DNA of 63,993 bases, counting the filler, from Octopus bimaculoides (lineage: Eukaryota), in assembly GCF_001194135.2 (NCBI RefSeq). It is 7 parts of 7 records of this genome, joined end to end, with 100 filler letters (N's around TTAATTAATTAA, not from the genome) between each part and the next. Parts side by side here need not be neighbours in the genome. Positions count along the whole stretch, not along the records: positions 17,181 to 28,646 come from NC_068984.1; positions 28,747 to 47,333 come from NC_068989.1; 5 more parts are not named here. The stretch is one strand, 5' to 3'. Within the stretch, counting starts at the first letter, position 1. Every line of letters starts with the position of its first letter. Shown here one piece after another: positions 22,451 to 36,533 of this stretch. The position numbers and the translations under genes are program-made. The notes beneath the pieces were generated by a model. That model saw nothing but the letters and a program-made list of their open reading frames with translations. It made no database searches and was not told the origin of the DNA.

Positions 22451-23547
22451 TATATNNNNNNNNNNNNNNNNNNNNNNNNNNNNNNNNNNNNNNNNNNNNN
22501 NNNNNNNNNNNNNNNNNNNNNNNNNNNNNNNNNNNNNNNNNNNNNNNNNNNNNNNNNNNNNNNNNNNNNNNNNNNNNNNNNNNNNNNNNNNNNNNNNNNN
22601 NNNNNNNNNNNNNNNNNNNNNNNNNNNNNNNNNNNNNNNNNNNNNNNNNNNNNNNNNNNNNNNNNNNNNNNNNNNNNNNNNNNNNNNNNNNNNNNNNNNN
22701 NNNNNNNNNNNNNNNNNNNNNNNNNNNNNNNNNNNNNNNNNNNNNNNNNNNNNNNNNNNNNNNNNNNNNNNNNNNNNNNNNNNNNNNNNNNNNNNNNNNN
22801 NNNNNNNNNNNNNNNNNNNNNNNNNNNNNNNNNNNNNNNNNNNNNNNNNNNNNNNNNNNNNNNNNNNNNNNNNNNNNNNNNNNNNNNNNNNNNNNNNNNN
22901 NNNNNNNNNNNNNNNNNNNNNNNNNNNNNNNNNNNNNNNNNNNNNNNNNNNNNNNNNNNNNNNNNNNNNNNNNNNNNNNNNNNNNNNNNNNNNNNNNNNN
23001 NNNNNNNNNNNNNNNNNNNNNNNNNNNNNNNNNNNNNNNNNNNNNNNNNNNNNNNNNNNNNNNNNNNNNNNNNNNNNNNNNNNNNNNNNNNNNNNNNNNN
23101 NNNNNNNNNNNNNNNNNNNNNNNNNNNNNNNNNNNNNNNNNNNNNNNNNNNNNNNNNNNNNNNNNNNNNNNNNNNNNNNNNNNNNNNNNNNNNNNNNNNN
23201 NNNNNNNNNNNNNNNNNNNNNNNNNNNNNNNNNNNNNNNNNNNNNNNNNNNNNNNNNNNNNNNNNNNNNNNNNNNNNNNNNNNNNNNNNNNNNNNNNNNN
23301 NNNNNNNNNNNNNNNNNNNNNNNNNNNNNNNNNNNNNNNNNNNNNNNNNNNNNNNNNNNNNNNNNNNNNNNNNNGATTGGTTGAAATTATCGAAATAAGA
23401 CAATTTTTTACATGAAATAAATTCGAATACAAAAATATTTTTCTGTTCTATAACACAAAATAGATAAGTATACGAAGTTTGAAAGTCTTTCCGTACCAAA
23501 AACACTACGTAAAACATTAATGAAAAATGTGGCCCCCGTTTTAAAAA

Positions 23548-23740
23548 AGATCCTATTTCTTTACTACCCACAAGGGGCTACACACAGAGGGGACAAACAA
23601 AGACAGACAAACGGATTAAGTCGATTATATCGACCCCAGTGCGTAACTGGTACTTATTTAATCGACCCCGAAAGGATGAAAGGCAAAGTCGACCTCGGCG
23701 GAATTTGAACTCAGAATGTAGCGGCAGACGAAATACCGTT
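23548..23740 (-). mobile_element. SINE-like family A, well preserved
   Basis: atcgaccccgaaaggatgaaaggcaaagtcgacctcggcggaatttgaactcagaa. Confidence 0.88.
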
Positions 23741-25261
23741 AAAAATCACGTAAACACAAGTTTTACCTCAGTTACAGAATGTTAAGTTCAGTATCGATAT
23801 GAAGTATTCACACAGTTAAGCAAATATAAGAAGGCGGTACTTAGTTGTCAACATGCCTGTCACTCAAATGGCTTGTGGGTGTGTTTTAATAAAGTATAGA
23901 AAGGACACGAAGGTCTAAACAAGTTTTTCCTGTTCTATAATGACATATGAACACCGCCTTTCGTGCATTAATATTATGTTAACGACACCTACTTTATGTA
24001 GCGGATATGTACAAGGATAAATATTAAGTAGGTAAAATAAATAAGAAGGTGGTAATTATACTGTCTATACATGTTGTTGATTGGATGAAATATGTGAGCA
24101 TCTTATTATATTCACTGATATGGGCGTGGAAGACGTTTCGACAGCCAATAGCTTGCTTACTGTGTAAGCACTAAGCGCTTTATGAGAAACATTGAGGTGG
24201 AGTTACATGAACAAGTTTTACATTATTTGTAATCGGAGTAGTGGCAGCGGTTTTTTGTTAGTAGTTGTAGTCATAGTAATAATTATGAGTCATAGTAATA
24301 ATTATAGTAATAATTATGAGTAATAATTATGAGTAATAATTATGAGTAGTAGATATAGTAGTAGTTGTACTACTATTACTATTACTGCTTGTTGTAGTAG
24401 TGGCAGCAGTAGAAGTAATTATGATACTGATAGTACAAATTATAAGCATTACTACTACAATTACTACTACTACTACTACTACTACTGGTGGTGGTGGTTA
24501 TAGTGGTGGTGGCGGNNNNNNNNNNNNNNNNNNNNNNNNNNNNNNNNNNNNNNNNNNNNNNNNNNNNNNNNNNNNNNNNNNNNNNNNNNNNNNNNNNNNN
24601 NNNNNNNNNNNNNNNNNNNNNNNNNNNNNNNNNNNNNNNNNNNNNNNNNNNNNNNNNNNNNNNNNNNNNNNNNNNNNNNNNNNNNNNNNNNNNNNNNNNN
24701 NNNNNNNNNNNNNNNNNNNNNNNNNNNNNNNNNNNNNNNNNNNNNNNNNNNNNNNNNNNNNNNNNNNNNNNNNNNNNNNNNNNNNNNNNNNNNNNNNNNN
24801 NNNNNNNNNNNNNNNNNNNNNNNNNNNNNNNNNNNNNNNNNNNNNNNNNNNNNNNNNNNNNNNNNNNNNNNNNNNNNNNNNNNNNNNNNNNNNNNNNNNN
24901 NNNNNNNNNNNNNNNNNNNNNNNNNNNNNNNNNNNNNNNNNNNNNNNNNNNNNNNNNNNNNNNNNNNNNNNNNNNNNNNNNNNNNNNNNNNNNNNNNNNN
25001 NNNNNNNNNNNNNNNNNNNNNNNNNNNNNNNNNNNNNNNNNNNNNNNNNNNNNNNNNNNNNNNNNNNNNNNNNNNNNNNNNNNNNNNNNNNNNNNNNNNN
25101 NNNNNNNNNNAATACTTTTCGGTAATAAGGTTGTACGGTTGAGTTCATTTTTATGCATTTCCCCGAAGAGAAGATTACATCTTTCTCAACATCTTTCATA
25201 ATGCGCAATACCTCTTAAGGCTCGCATCTGAGAAAAAGTCACCCAAGTCTGTTTTTTTATA

Positions 25262-25575
25262 TTGGGTTGGCAACTAAGTTCCCGCGGTTTTTAAAAATTT
25301 AAACTTTTTAAAAGGTTTAATAAAAAATAACAACTTATTAATCAATAATGTATTCACCCTTGTTGTTTACAACTTCTTCCCAACGTTCAACAAGATTTTC
25401 AATACCTCGTTGGTAGAAATCATCCGATTTCGACACGAAAATTGATCCAACCAAGCTCTTGCATGCAGCCAATCAAAGCTCAACTATCAAACTAATTTAT
25501 GAGCGCATAACAAGTGATGGGCGATAAGATAAGGTCACTTGGGTAAGGAATGACCATGCTTCTTTTCTCTTTTAA
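25262..25575 (-). mobile_element. Mariner-like remnant with TIR TTGGGTTGGCAACTAAGT
   Basis: TA-flanked TIR-like motif; weak P.YSPDL-like trace near 25540. Confidence 0.5.
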
Positions 25576-25949
25576 GAACGCTTGTTGTTCTTGTTCTTGT
25601 TCTTGTTTCAACCATGGCTGCCTCTGCGTAGTTATTTTTGTTCCTGTTTACTTTGTAAAACAGTAAGGGGCCCTAAACAAAATCCGATAATAGGTATAGA
25701 TGCAAATCTATCTAATTACCTGTCTCCTAAAATCAGGAATAATTTGGCGATCGGTAGACTTACAACACCGTTCTTCGTATTAAGTTTACTTGATAGAGTG
25801 TGTTTATTAACTTGACAACAAGGTCAAGATAAGCTCTGATTGGCTATATGCAAATAGGTTAATTGCTGAAGTCCGGAAATCTCGTGGAAAAAAAATTTCG
25901 TATCCCGTTCAGGGAAATGTTGTAATCTTACTTAAACGCCATAGAGACC

Positions 25950-26462
25950 GCGACACCATTTAATTGAACAGTGCAACCATTACATCAATTTAAATGCAGA
26001 GAAATCCTCAGCTGCATAAATACATAAAATTAAATTAAAACAGATGGACACATTAGTATAATTTTACCTAAAACTTCCAAGAAAGTCAGGAGATACACAA
26101 AGATCATGCTGTCTTCACTTCAGCTTAGAAGCTACCAAGGTATCAGGAAGAAAGACTTATTAGAGATCTAGCTTGTCACTGTTTGTTGGGGTCAGTTTTA
26201 ATTTATAGTCTTGTTTATCAAATCTTTGTATATCAAAATCGGAGGCGAAAGAACAAGGAGCAGAGTCTGTTGGGAAAGGGGTTGAGGGAGTCGACAGAAA
26301 TCATAGTGGGTATAGTCATAAAATTATCAAGATTAAGTTGAAGCAATATAATGAGATTTGGTAAAGGAAATCTTAAATCAAGATGTTAGTTATCAATTAA
26401 AGGGGCAAGACTCTGCATTTAAATTGATGTAATGTTTGCATTGTTCAATTAAATGGAGTCGC
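25950..26462. repeat. 52-bp inverted repeat pair (25950-26001, 26411-26462) around about 410 bp; MITE-like
   Basis: GCGAC.CCATTTAATTGAACA.TGCAA.CATTACATCAATTTAAATGCAGAG versus its reverse complement, 3 mismatches; no clear TSD. Confidence 0.8.
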
Positions 26463-26599
26463 TTGAAACGATCGTCCTGCATCACATCTGGATATCCTAT
26501 TGTTCATTTTAATTTTAATCACCTTACTTTGAAACTGTATGGATAATACCGTACTAAATTCTGGTGCCTCAACTTGAGTACCTAATTTATCTGAATCTA

Positions 26600-26656
<57 letters not shown>

Positions 26657-27716
26657 NNNNNNNNNNNNNNNNNNNNNNNNNNNNNNNNNNNNNNNNNNNN
26701 NNNNNNNNNNNNNNNNNNNNNNNNNNNNNNNNNNNNNNNNNNNNNNNNNNNNNNNNNNNNNNNNNNNNNNNNNNNNNNNNNNNNNNNNNNNNNNNNNNNN
26801 NNNNNNNNNNNNNNNNNNNNNNNNNNNNNNNNNNNNNNNNNNNNNNNNNNNNNNNNNNNNNNNNNNNNNNNNNNNNNNNNNNNNNNNNNNNNNNNNNNNN
26901 NNNNNNNNNNNNNNNNNNNNNNNNNNNNNNNNNNNNNNNNNNNNNNNNNNNNNNNNNNNNNNNNNNNNNNNNNNNNNNNNNNNNNNNNNNNNNNNNNNNN
27001 NNNNNNNNNNNNNNNNTACATACATACATACATACATACATACGTACATACATACATCCATACCTACATACATACATATATGTTCGGTTTCCTTGTATGT
27101 CTCCACTGTCATGCTTTCGTTCCCAACTTCGACCCTCCATAAATCCTAAATTTTATTTTAGAATTTATGGGAACAACTGTCTTTGAAGACTCATATTGTC
27201 TTTGAATGCTCGAAATGAGGAATAGATAAACAGCCGACAACTGATGAAGGGTCCTTTTTCTGTATTTACTTGCCCAGTTTTCTATTTGTTCTGGTTTGCA
27301 TATTTAACTCGTTTGTTTACGTATTTCATGTTATTTGCACTGTTGGTGACGTCCTGTACCCATAAATGCATGTATATATATTACTTATTACATATATATA
27401 GAGAGAGAATTATTATATTTCTAAAGCTCTCAAAGAGAGATATACAATAACAGCACGATAAAGTGATGATTTTTTTTGCCAACGTAACGTGACAATCCCA
27501 GGATGGGATAGGCAAGCCAAGCTACTCTACGCTGATAAAGAGCAATAACCCTGAAACTAGTCCATGGATGCTAGGTTGTGCTGGGTGGCGGTACTAATCT
27601 CCCCTGTTCGTAAACATAAGGACACAGGGCTTTTGTGTCGTATAGCCAGCTAAAAACGACGTTTCTTGGGGCTACCCATAAACTTACACACGCACACACA
27701 GACACATATATATATG

Positions 27717-27749
<33 letters not shown>

Positions 27750-27750
27750 G

Positions 27751-27798
<48 letters not shown>

Positions 27799-28746
27799 CG
27801 TATAATAATATCTACCAAATGTATTGGTAAGATAAAACATGTAATCGTTACCAAAATATCAAAAATTCGCCCACAAAGGTCTATAGTAAACTCCTTATGA
27901 ATCGATCTCCTTGGTTATATATCAAAAAATTTAAATAAGAGCTTTGACGCTAAATCCATATATATTAAAGTTTATTACTTATGTAAACATTTCTTTATAA
28001 TGTCAAATTCAACTCTTAATTCAAGTTAAATAAGTAAATTTCCGAAGATCGGGCAATCCCTGAACTCTGCTGGCTCTAGAAGACGAGCGATATTGATGAG
28101 GTGGAAACCTAATATGAACTGTGTGGATATTGCAAGTGATCGATCAGAAACTTGAAGTTCTGAGCGAGCAAGAAACGTGTGAAGTGCTTAGTCAGATACT
28201 ATAATCCTTGCATTAGAAGAATCGAGCGAGCCTGAGTGGAATGAGTATATTGTTAGCTAATTCAAATGAGTAGATGCTATTCGTGTATAGATGAGAAGAG
28301 AGAGAAGAAATGGCAGGTTTATCAGTCAGGGGTTGTAGAGCGCTGGTTTTTTAAAATCCTAGCCAATTGGTCGAATGTCCTTATTTGGGATATGACCTAA
28401 GCTGTTATTTGTATGAGTAGCAGTATCATTGTCCAAATTTAACACGGATTTGACGTAGGCTTTATACGCAAAACGAAGACACCTGCCCCTGGATGTGAAC
28501 ACAACCATTTTTAAGCTAACCGTCCCATGCGTTACTCATTCAACTATTTCACATCAACTTTAGGTGATATCAGTAAGTGAATAAAACTTTTAAAAGAAAA
28601 CAAGAAAACATTGCAAATAAATTAAGACTAGAAGCATACATATATANNNNNNNNNNNNNNNNNNNNNNNNNNNNNNNNNNNNNNNNNNNNTTAATTAATT
28701 AANNNNNNNNNNNNNNNNNNNNNNNNNNNNNNNNNNNNNNNNNNNN

Positions 28747-28785
<39 letters not shown>

Positions 28786-29490
28786 CAACAGAAGGAAGAT
28801 TAGATATTTATTACATATGCATATGCATGCATTTATTTATGTATATGTATACATCCATGCATGTATTTATAATATACTTGTATATACATATGTGTGTGTG
28901 ACTCTATGCATGTCTGTGTATGTGTTTGTGTATGTGTGCTTGTGTGACTGTGCGGGTTTTACCCGTGTATGCATACATACGTGCATATATGCGTGTATGT
29001 ATGTGTCTGTGTGCGTATGTCTTTTTATGTATGTTTTCTTTTTCCGTACGCGTGTGTGTGTGTGTGTAGTGAGTTGTGCGTATGTGGGTGTGTATGGGTG
29101 TATCGCTATTCATTTCATGTATTGAGGTTTCAAGTATCATGAGACTGACAAGTACTTCACTGTTTTCTCGAAAAATCCAATAACCGATAAAATGCCATCA
29201 CTAATCCCGCTTTGTCGGTTATCTCTCACTTGACATATACGGCTGAAAAACCGCCATCTTCTAATCATTGTTTTCCTTCAATATCAAATAGCCTTTGAAT
29301 ATGGAAAAATATGTTTGACTCACAAAGAAACAGTGGCGAGACAGTGAGGTATAATTATTCTTTTACAAAAGTCGGTGCAGATCGATGTACTATGCAATCA
29401 TCTGCGTACATACCGCTATTATTCTACTGAGAAGGAAATGTGGCGTACATATATAAACACACACACACACACACACTCACACACATTCAT

Positions 29491-29528
<38 letters not shown>

Positions 29529-29721
29529 GTATATGTATATGTATATACATACACGCGCTCACGCATATATATTTATATATATATATATATGTTTAGGCAT
29601 AGCGATACTGTTAACCTGGTGTTAGAACTCAATATAGATATGCTAAATGAAAAGGCGTTAGTCGAGTACATAACGTAATGAGAGCTACCTACTTCCTCCC
29701 TCCACTACAGCTATTAATATA

Positions 29722-29920
29722 CGAGAGGATGCTGAAAATCTCTTGGCAAAAGAAAATATAAGAGAATCAGTTAATTATGATTTTATTCAACGTATTCCCC
29801 TCTCAGATTCGTACGTTTATTGCAGCGGTCCTTCAGTTTTGTAAAAGAACTCGGAAGGATGGGCCTCCAGTTAGCCCTTGCGCGATATCCTTAAAGCCAG
29901 CAACTTTTCAGCACCTTTCG
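29722..29920. mobile_element. About 200-bp mariner-type MITE
   Basis: TA-flanked imperfect TIRs cgagaggatgctgaaaa and ttttcagcacctttcg; same TIR type at about 55275. Confidence 0.7.
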
Positions 29921-29942
29921 TATATATATATATATATATATA

Positions 29943-30178
29943 ATCATAAATATACAGGGATTAGCATTGAGTTGCTTCTCCAACATACTGAAAATTTAGA
30001 AATAGCAGTCAAAGAACTACTGATTCTAAACTACAAATTTTTCTCTAAATGGATGGCGATATCGCCATCCATTTAGAGAAAAATTTGTAGTTTAGAATCA
30101 GTAGTTCTTTGACTGCTATTTCTAAATTTTCAGTATGTTGGAGAAGCAACTCAATGTTAATCCCTGTATATTTATGAT
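29943..30178. repeat. 236-bp spacerless palindrome (118-bp arms, one mismatch)
   Basis: Centre GCGAT|ATCGC at 30060/30061; only mismatch G29964 vs T30157. Confidence 0.98.
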
Positions 30179-30278
30179 GATAAATGGTTTTACCGATAAA
30201 GGTTTTTTCATACTGAACTACTTGGCAAAATTGTTAATTATTAATTCTATTATTAATTGACGATTCCCTGCCCTTATT

Positions 30279-30412
<134 letters not shown>

Positions 30413-31342
30413 TGCATATATATTAATAGTCTCCACGAAGCATTATCTCATATATGTGTTGTTTGTTCCTTCTCGAGCCATACCAGTGGAGACTGAAAAT
30501 TGAAACATGCATTATAATATTGGATGTCTTGGGAATGATTAAAAAAAAAAGAAATTGATAAATGCATATGCAAAAGACCGGAACTTGCAAATATGTACAA
30601 TATGTAGAATTTACTGCTATTGGGCGCTGCATACTTATAATACATAGTGTATTTCCTATGCAATGCAAAGCAAAGCACAATATGTGCCCAAGGCGACAAA
30701 GCTGTGCTTGGTGGTACACTGAAAGCATGCAATAAAAATAAGACTACTGAATGATAATGATAATTATCATTATACTAATAATTAGCGTTTATTAATGAGG
30801 GAAATCATTTCAGTGATCTTACCACCAACATACATTATTAATGTTAGCAATAATAATGGCACTGCTTGTTTTCACAGAACCAAGCATTGTAGTAATTATG
30901 ATTATGCACATCAAGGTGGACTTGTGACACTAATTTCAACCCGAGTTCTAAAATTTGTGAACATTGTTTTAGTTATTATTATTTTTTTTAATTATGTCTT
31001 CTTTAGATGACAACATTCCTCTTACCGAGCTAGTTAATTGATACAAATTGTAACCATTCTTTCTAAATTATTCACTATAGAAATCTTTGTTTAATCCTTT
31101 GTGTTTCTCGCTGCTTTGTCTTGGATTTTTTTTCTTTTGGACTTTTCAAATTTAAACGAATTCACTGTTTCAGCTGTCATAGTGAGTGATATGTGTATTT
31201 CTTGCAAAAATTAAGCTAAACAATAGGAAAGTAATAGCACTCTTAGAAAGTTATTGGAATTTATACTTTAAGATTATTTGACTTTATTCAGTTCAGTGCT
31301 TGAGCCTTGCCTTATAGTAACGTCGGAGCTTGGAATGTTGGC

Positions 31343-31399
<57 letters not shown>

Positions 31400-32573
31400 A
31401 TGATAGAGAAAGAGAGAGAGAGAGAAAGAAAGAGAAAGAAGAAAAGAAGGATAAAATGATGCAAATAAATAGCTAAAACTACTTGGGTTTGATATACAAA
31501 ATATATATACATGTATATATGTAAATAGAGAGAAATTGAGACAAAATATAACTTTGTAGTTATACCAATGAAAGATAGAAAATCCTCTCGTTCGATTTTG
31601 TTTCAATAGCAATCATCCAAATGAGACTTCACAAATGTTATCACTTAGCATTCCTGTATGATCTTAATTCTTTTATAATTCACTATGTGCCCGGACTCTA
31701 TATATGATTTGTTTCCCATTTTACATGTGTTACTATAGATAAAAGTTTTACCATTTTTTTCAGCTTCAAACTAAGATTATTGATACAATTCATTGGTATC
31801 CCTTAGGGGACTGTTAATATAAGGGAGATAATAATTTCTTCCTGATGTTAAAAGTTTGAACTTGGAATTAAGGAATAACGAAAAAGATGCATAGTTAACA
31901 TAGTTATATATGTTTTTTAGTTTGTTTTTTGTTAACTTATAACATAATTCTTAAAATTTCTAGACAGTGGCAATCATGTATAGCGCTATTCATTCTTCAT
32001 AGGAATCATCAGCATGACATNNNNNNNNNNNNNNNNNNNNNNNNNNNNNNNNNNNNNNNNNNNNNNNNNNNNNNNNNNNNNNNNNNNNNNNNNNNNNNNN
32101 NNNNNNNNNNNNNNNNNNNNNNNNNNNNNNNNNNNNNNNNNNNNNNNNNNNNNNNNNNNNNNNNNNNNNNNNNNNNNNNNNNNNNNNNNNNNNNNNNNNN
32201 NNNNNNNNNNNNNNNNNNNNNNNNNNNNNNNNNNNNNNNNNNNNNNNNNNNNNNNNNNNNNNNNNNNNNNNNNNNNNNNNNNNNNNNNNNNNNNNNNNNN
32301 NNNNNNNNNNNNNNNNNNNNNNNNNNNNNNNNNNNNNNNNNNNNNNNNNNNNNNNNNNNNNNNNNNNNNNNNNNNNNNNNNNNNNNNNNNNNNNNNNNNN
32401 NNNNNNNNNNNNNNNNNNNNNNNNNNNNNNNNNNNNNNNNNNNNNNNNNNNNNNNNNNNNNNNNNNNNNNNNNNNNNNNNNNNNNNNNNNNNNNNNNNNN
32501 NNNNNNNNNNNNNNNNNNNNNNNNNNNNNNNNNNNNNNNNNNNNNNNNNNNNNNNNNNNNNNNNNNNNNNNNN

Positions 32574-34140
32574 GAAGGCGGAGGCAGCGGAGACGGCGGA
32601 GGCGGCGGCGGCGGCAGATAGTCGCACGACCAACGCTACAAACACATTAGAAGTGCGAGAGGTAGTAAATGATCTCGAGGAGATTGGAGGAAACATGGAG
32701 CTGCTCCAGAAGGAATGAGAAAGCCTGCGACTGACCTTTCCAGAGGAAGTAACCAATAGTACTAGGAGAAGGACAGTGGTATACAGAACGCTGTCCTTAT
32801 CCAGCAAGAAAATTGAGATAGCGACGGACGAGGCTATTGAAAAATGCCTAGAAAATGTGAAAAGTGAAACCACCTACTGCACCAGAGGAAGGAAGTATGA
32901 CACAGTGGAGGTGAGATTTTGCCACGGAAGAAGGAGCAATCAATCACTCCACTGTACCTCTGAGATAACAGGAATGGGTGCTCCTGCCAACCTACTGCGG
33001 CAAAAGAGTCGCGAGAATCAGGGTTGGTAGGGTACCGCCAGAAATAGAGGAAACATGGTTAATAGCAGCCATAACTTATGAAACGGAAGAAATAAAAATA
33101 TTGCAATTCACAAGAACTAAGAAGCTGAATTTGTGGGGTTATGGACTAGAAGTGGTGGTCCAAGACAGCCAAGAAGAATTGAATGTGATAACGGAAAAAA
33201 TACTGCTGCCGGAGGATAAGAAATTAAGAGTAGTAGTGGAGGGTCGTCCATCCACCTGCTACCACTGAGGTGTGAAGGGGCACATGAAAGCAAAGTCCCC
33301 CCAGCTAAATAATGAAATAACTGAAAACCAAAGTTAACCAGAGAGAAGTACCGAGACAACAGCCCCAATCATGGAAGAAAATACGGAAGACACAGACGAA
33401 GAGAGATTCATTGAAGTTCCAAAAAGAAAGAGAGGTGTGGCTGCAGGGTCACCCCCCGAAAACTACTAAAAAGAAAAAGAAAAACATTAACATTGAAGAC
33501 GACACACAAACATTAAACAGACTAGACACACTCACACAGCATAAACCACAAGTAGAAACACCAAAATGTAGTGATACCACCTCGGTTAACTCCAGCACCC
33601 CATGTAGTAATACAGACCTAAATGCAGACAGACAAAAGACACAGACCCACAAAATACCTCGAAAACACAAGGCTCACATTATGACATACGCCAAAAGCAC
33701 GGCAATCGAACGCATGATTATCAAGATTAAGTCGGTAATCAGAATGAGATTGCCGTCTGAGGCGAAACCGGAATATAATTGACAGTGAAAAATGCACAAA
33801 ATTAAAAGAAACATTTGGTTCACTCATTGACACGTTAGAAGAGGAGGTAGAATACGATACTCTGCTTCCGATCGTGGATTACGAAGACATAATACAGTAC
33901 CTGAACTAGAAAATACAGTAAAATTTTAAATGATAAAAATTTGATTAAAAAAAACTGAAAATAAAAACAGTTAAATGTAACCACCTGAGAGTGGGGCTCG
34001 AGTGGCCATTTCATCTTCATTTTTATATAATTTCACCTTTCATCCGTTTCATGTTTTTGTCCTTACTTGCATTGTTCTGTCTGTCCTTGTGCCATCCACT
34101 CTGCGTTTCGGGCTTTTGTGCCTAATAAAGAATTAGCTTA
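32574..34140 (+). mobile_element. Decayed gag-like ORF1 with CCHC knuckle, probably from a non-LTR element; no ORF2 seen
   Basis: RVVVEGRPSTCYH*GVKGHMKAKSP restores CX2CX4HX4C with two single-base changes; stops and frameshifts; AATAAA at 34124. Clade is inferred. Confidence 0.65.
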
Positions 34141-34504
34141 TAAAGACAGACGTTACAGAAGAGATATCGGAATTACGTGCTGGTGAAGGTGAATTGATAG
34201 TTGTTTAAGGATTATACCAGAAGTCCGTAATCACAATAAAACATAACATTTTTTTATAGAAGGAGTATGGGATTGTGCGCTGTAACAGCACATAACTGCA
34301 TCCACCATTTGCTAATGATTTTCGCCTTCTCCCGGTAGATGACGCCTTTGCTCCACACAGGTGACAATCCTCCAGCCCATAGGTCTGATTGGGTAGTCGT
34401 TGCTGGTGAAGATTTTACGAGGTCGGAATAAAAACCCTACTTCCAACTCTTTTAATCGCCTTTCCCGACACATAGAGGAAACGTTGGGTCTATTCTTTAG
34501 CATT

Positions 34505-34645
34505 TCGTTCTCAACACAGCACTAGAGCAACGTGAAATGAAGTCTTTTGCACAAGAACACAACACGCGGTTTAGTTCGGGATTCGAACCCACGATCTGGT
34601 GATCGTGAGTACAACATCCGAACCATTAGGCCACGCATTTTCACC
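34505..34645 (-). mobile_element. tRNA-headed SINE family E, decayed
   Basis: Minus strand gcgtggcctaatggtt..gggttcgaatccc..gtgttcttg; related to 49150-49410. Confidence 0.65.
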
Positions 34646-35917
34646 TTATAGATGGAAAATAATAATCGTCTGAACGAAATTCATTGAATGTCTATCTTTT
34701 CTCAATATTCGTCTTAAAAAACGCTTTCAATATTCTTTATGACAAAAGTGGTAGAGAGACAAATATTTTCTTCTCAATCAAAAGTGGTTTTCATACAATG
34801 TAGCGAATATTTTTTCTCAAAGAAAATTTGCCAATGAAAATAGCATTTTTCCATTAGGTAATATTTTCTTTTACCAGATATCAAAATACACTTTATCTTG
34901 TTAATGTTTTAATCATTATTTTGGGGGTTTTTTCACCTGCGTTAATATCTTAGCCAGTTGATAGCGCATCACACAAATCTAATTTGCCAGCATTTCTCAA
35001 ACTAAATTCAAATAAATGAACAATTTAGGATATTAAGTGATTCTCTCATTAATATTTCTATCCGTTATGGAAAGGCTACACATAACTGATAAGCCATTAA
35101 AAAAGAAATTGTCTTCAGTACTCACTGGTAGAAATAATACCAAGTTATAATCTAGTTTTGGTTTTGGCGTGAATATACTCAATCTTGTTAAAATTGTAAT
35201 TTGTGGCATCGTTTTCACTGTTTAATTTTTATGCAACTTATCAGGCTTTTATATAGATTTCTTCGTAATATGATTTCAAAGTTGAGAGAAAGTCATGAAA
35301 TTCTGGAATTCGTATTTTTGAATCAAACTAGTTCCAGTCAAACTGACTATTACTGTACAAAAATTATTAACAAAAGTTAGTGAATTTAAAAGCATCATAA
35401 CAACAGCATGTACACACAGGCTTCCTCGATATCTTCTTATTTCAATGATGCTGGAAACAGAAGAATTGAATGAGTTAGCCCATAAAAACCTAGTAAAAGC
35501 TACATAAGGTGTCATTCTCCCAACCCAAGTTATTATCGAGCGAGAAACAAAATGCACTACGCTGGCCTGATTGACGAAGAAGATCTAATAAGAGATAAAC
35601 ATGTGTACTGCTTTTACCAGTTGCTTTTAAAGATCAGATACACTTCAGTCTGCGTTGTCCATTTTCTCAAAACATTTCGACCAACTAATTAGTTATCTCT
35701 CTTTGTCTTCTTGATTTTAGATTTTTAGAATTCCTAGAGAGATCTTTATGCCTAATAATTGCTCGAATAATCCCTGTTGGTTTGTATTTTTCAATTCACT
35801 GAGAGACATACATAAGTCTCTGCGTTATCTGTACGTAATATGCATGAAACACACTTGATGCATACACACATACACGTGCGTCCACTCACACACACACATA
35901 AATATATACATACTACG

Positions 35918-36050
35918 GGTTTCTTTCAGTTCCCGTCTACAAAATCCACTCAAAATGCTTTGGTTGGCCTGGGCCCATAGTGGAAGATACTTACTCAAGT
36001 CGCCACGCAGGAAGACAAACCACAAGACCATATGGTTGAGAAATAAACTT
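35918..36050 (-). mobile_element. SINE family C with CORE-like block (GGCACCTTGGGCAAGTGTCTTC)
   Basis: Similar to 53222-53350 and 60018-60160. CORE assignment is from recalled consensus. Confidence 0.7.
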
Positions 36051-36533
36051 TGCAATCACATAGCAATTAAAACAAAATCTTTCCAGCGTTAGACAAATCA
36101 GGAGCTGGGAAAAAGGCAAGTGACTATGAGAGCGGTAAATGCAAACAAGGAATAACAAGCTTGAAAAACAGGAAGATCACGTGGTGCCTTTTGGGCGGGA
36201 AGAAAAAGGAGTATAAGTAGTTGAGAGAAAGGCCGTACAGAGATAAGATAGAGTAGGGACGGACGAAACGAAAAAAATGATAGAAAGTTAGAGAAACCAA
36301 ATATGAATGAGAGAATGTCGAAAAATGCGATAGAATAAATAGATAGAAATAAGGGGCGGATGTAGAAAGAAACAACGATTAAAAGATAAATGGATGCGAG
36401 CATTGAAAGAAAAGTACGTGAACAGAAAGATGGAGGTAGTTAAGTGAAAATGGTAGACAAAGAAAGCGATAGAAAGGTAAGCATAGAAACACAAAAAAGA
36501 GTAGATAGGTAGATAGATATGCTGGTAGAGGTA

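Noticed and set aside
27800-28460. Possible Penelope GIY-YIG endonuclease remnant on the minus strand
   Set aside because: No convincing motif recovered in any frame.
35050-35690. Hydrophobic, protein-like plus-strand translations
   Set aside because: Multiple stops, no splice pattern and no family motif.
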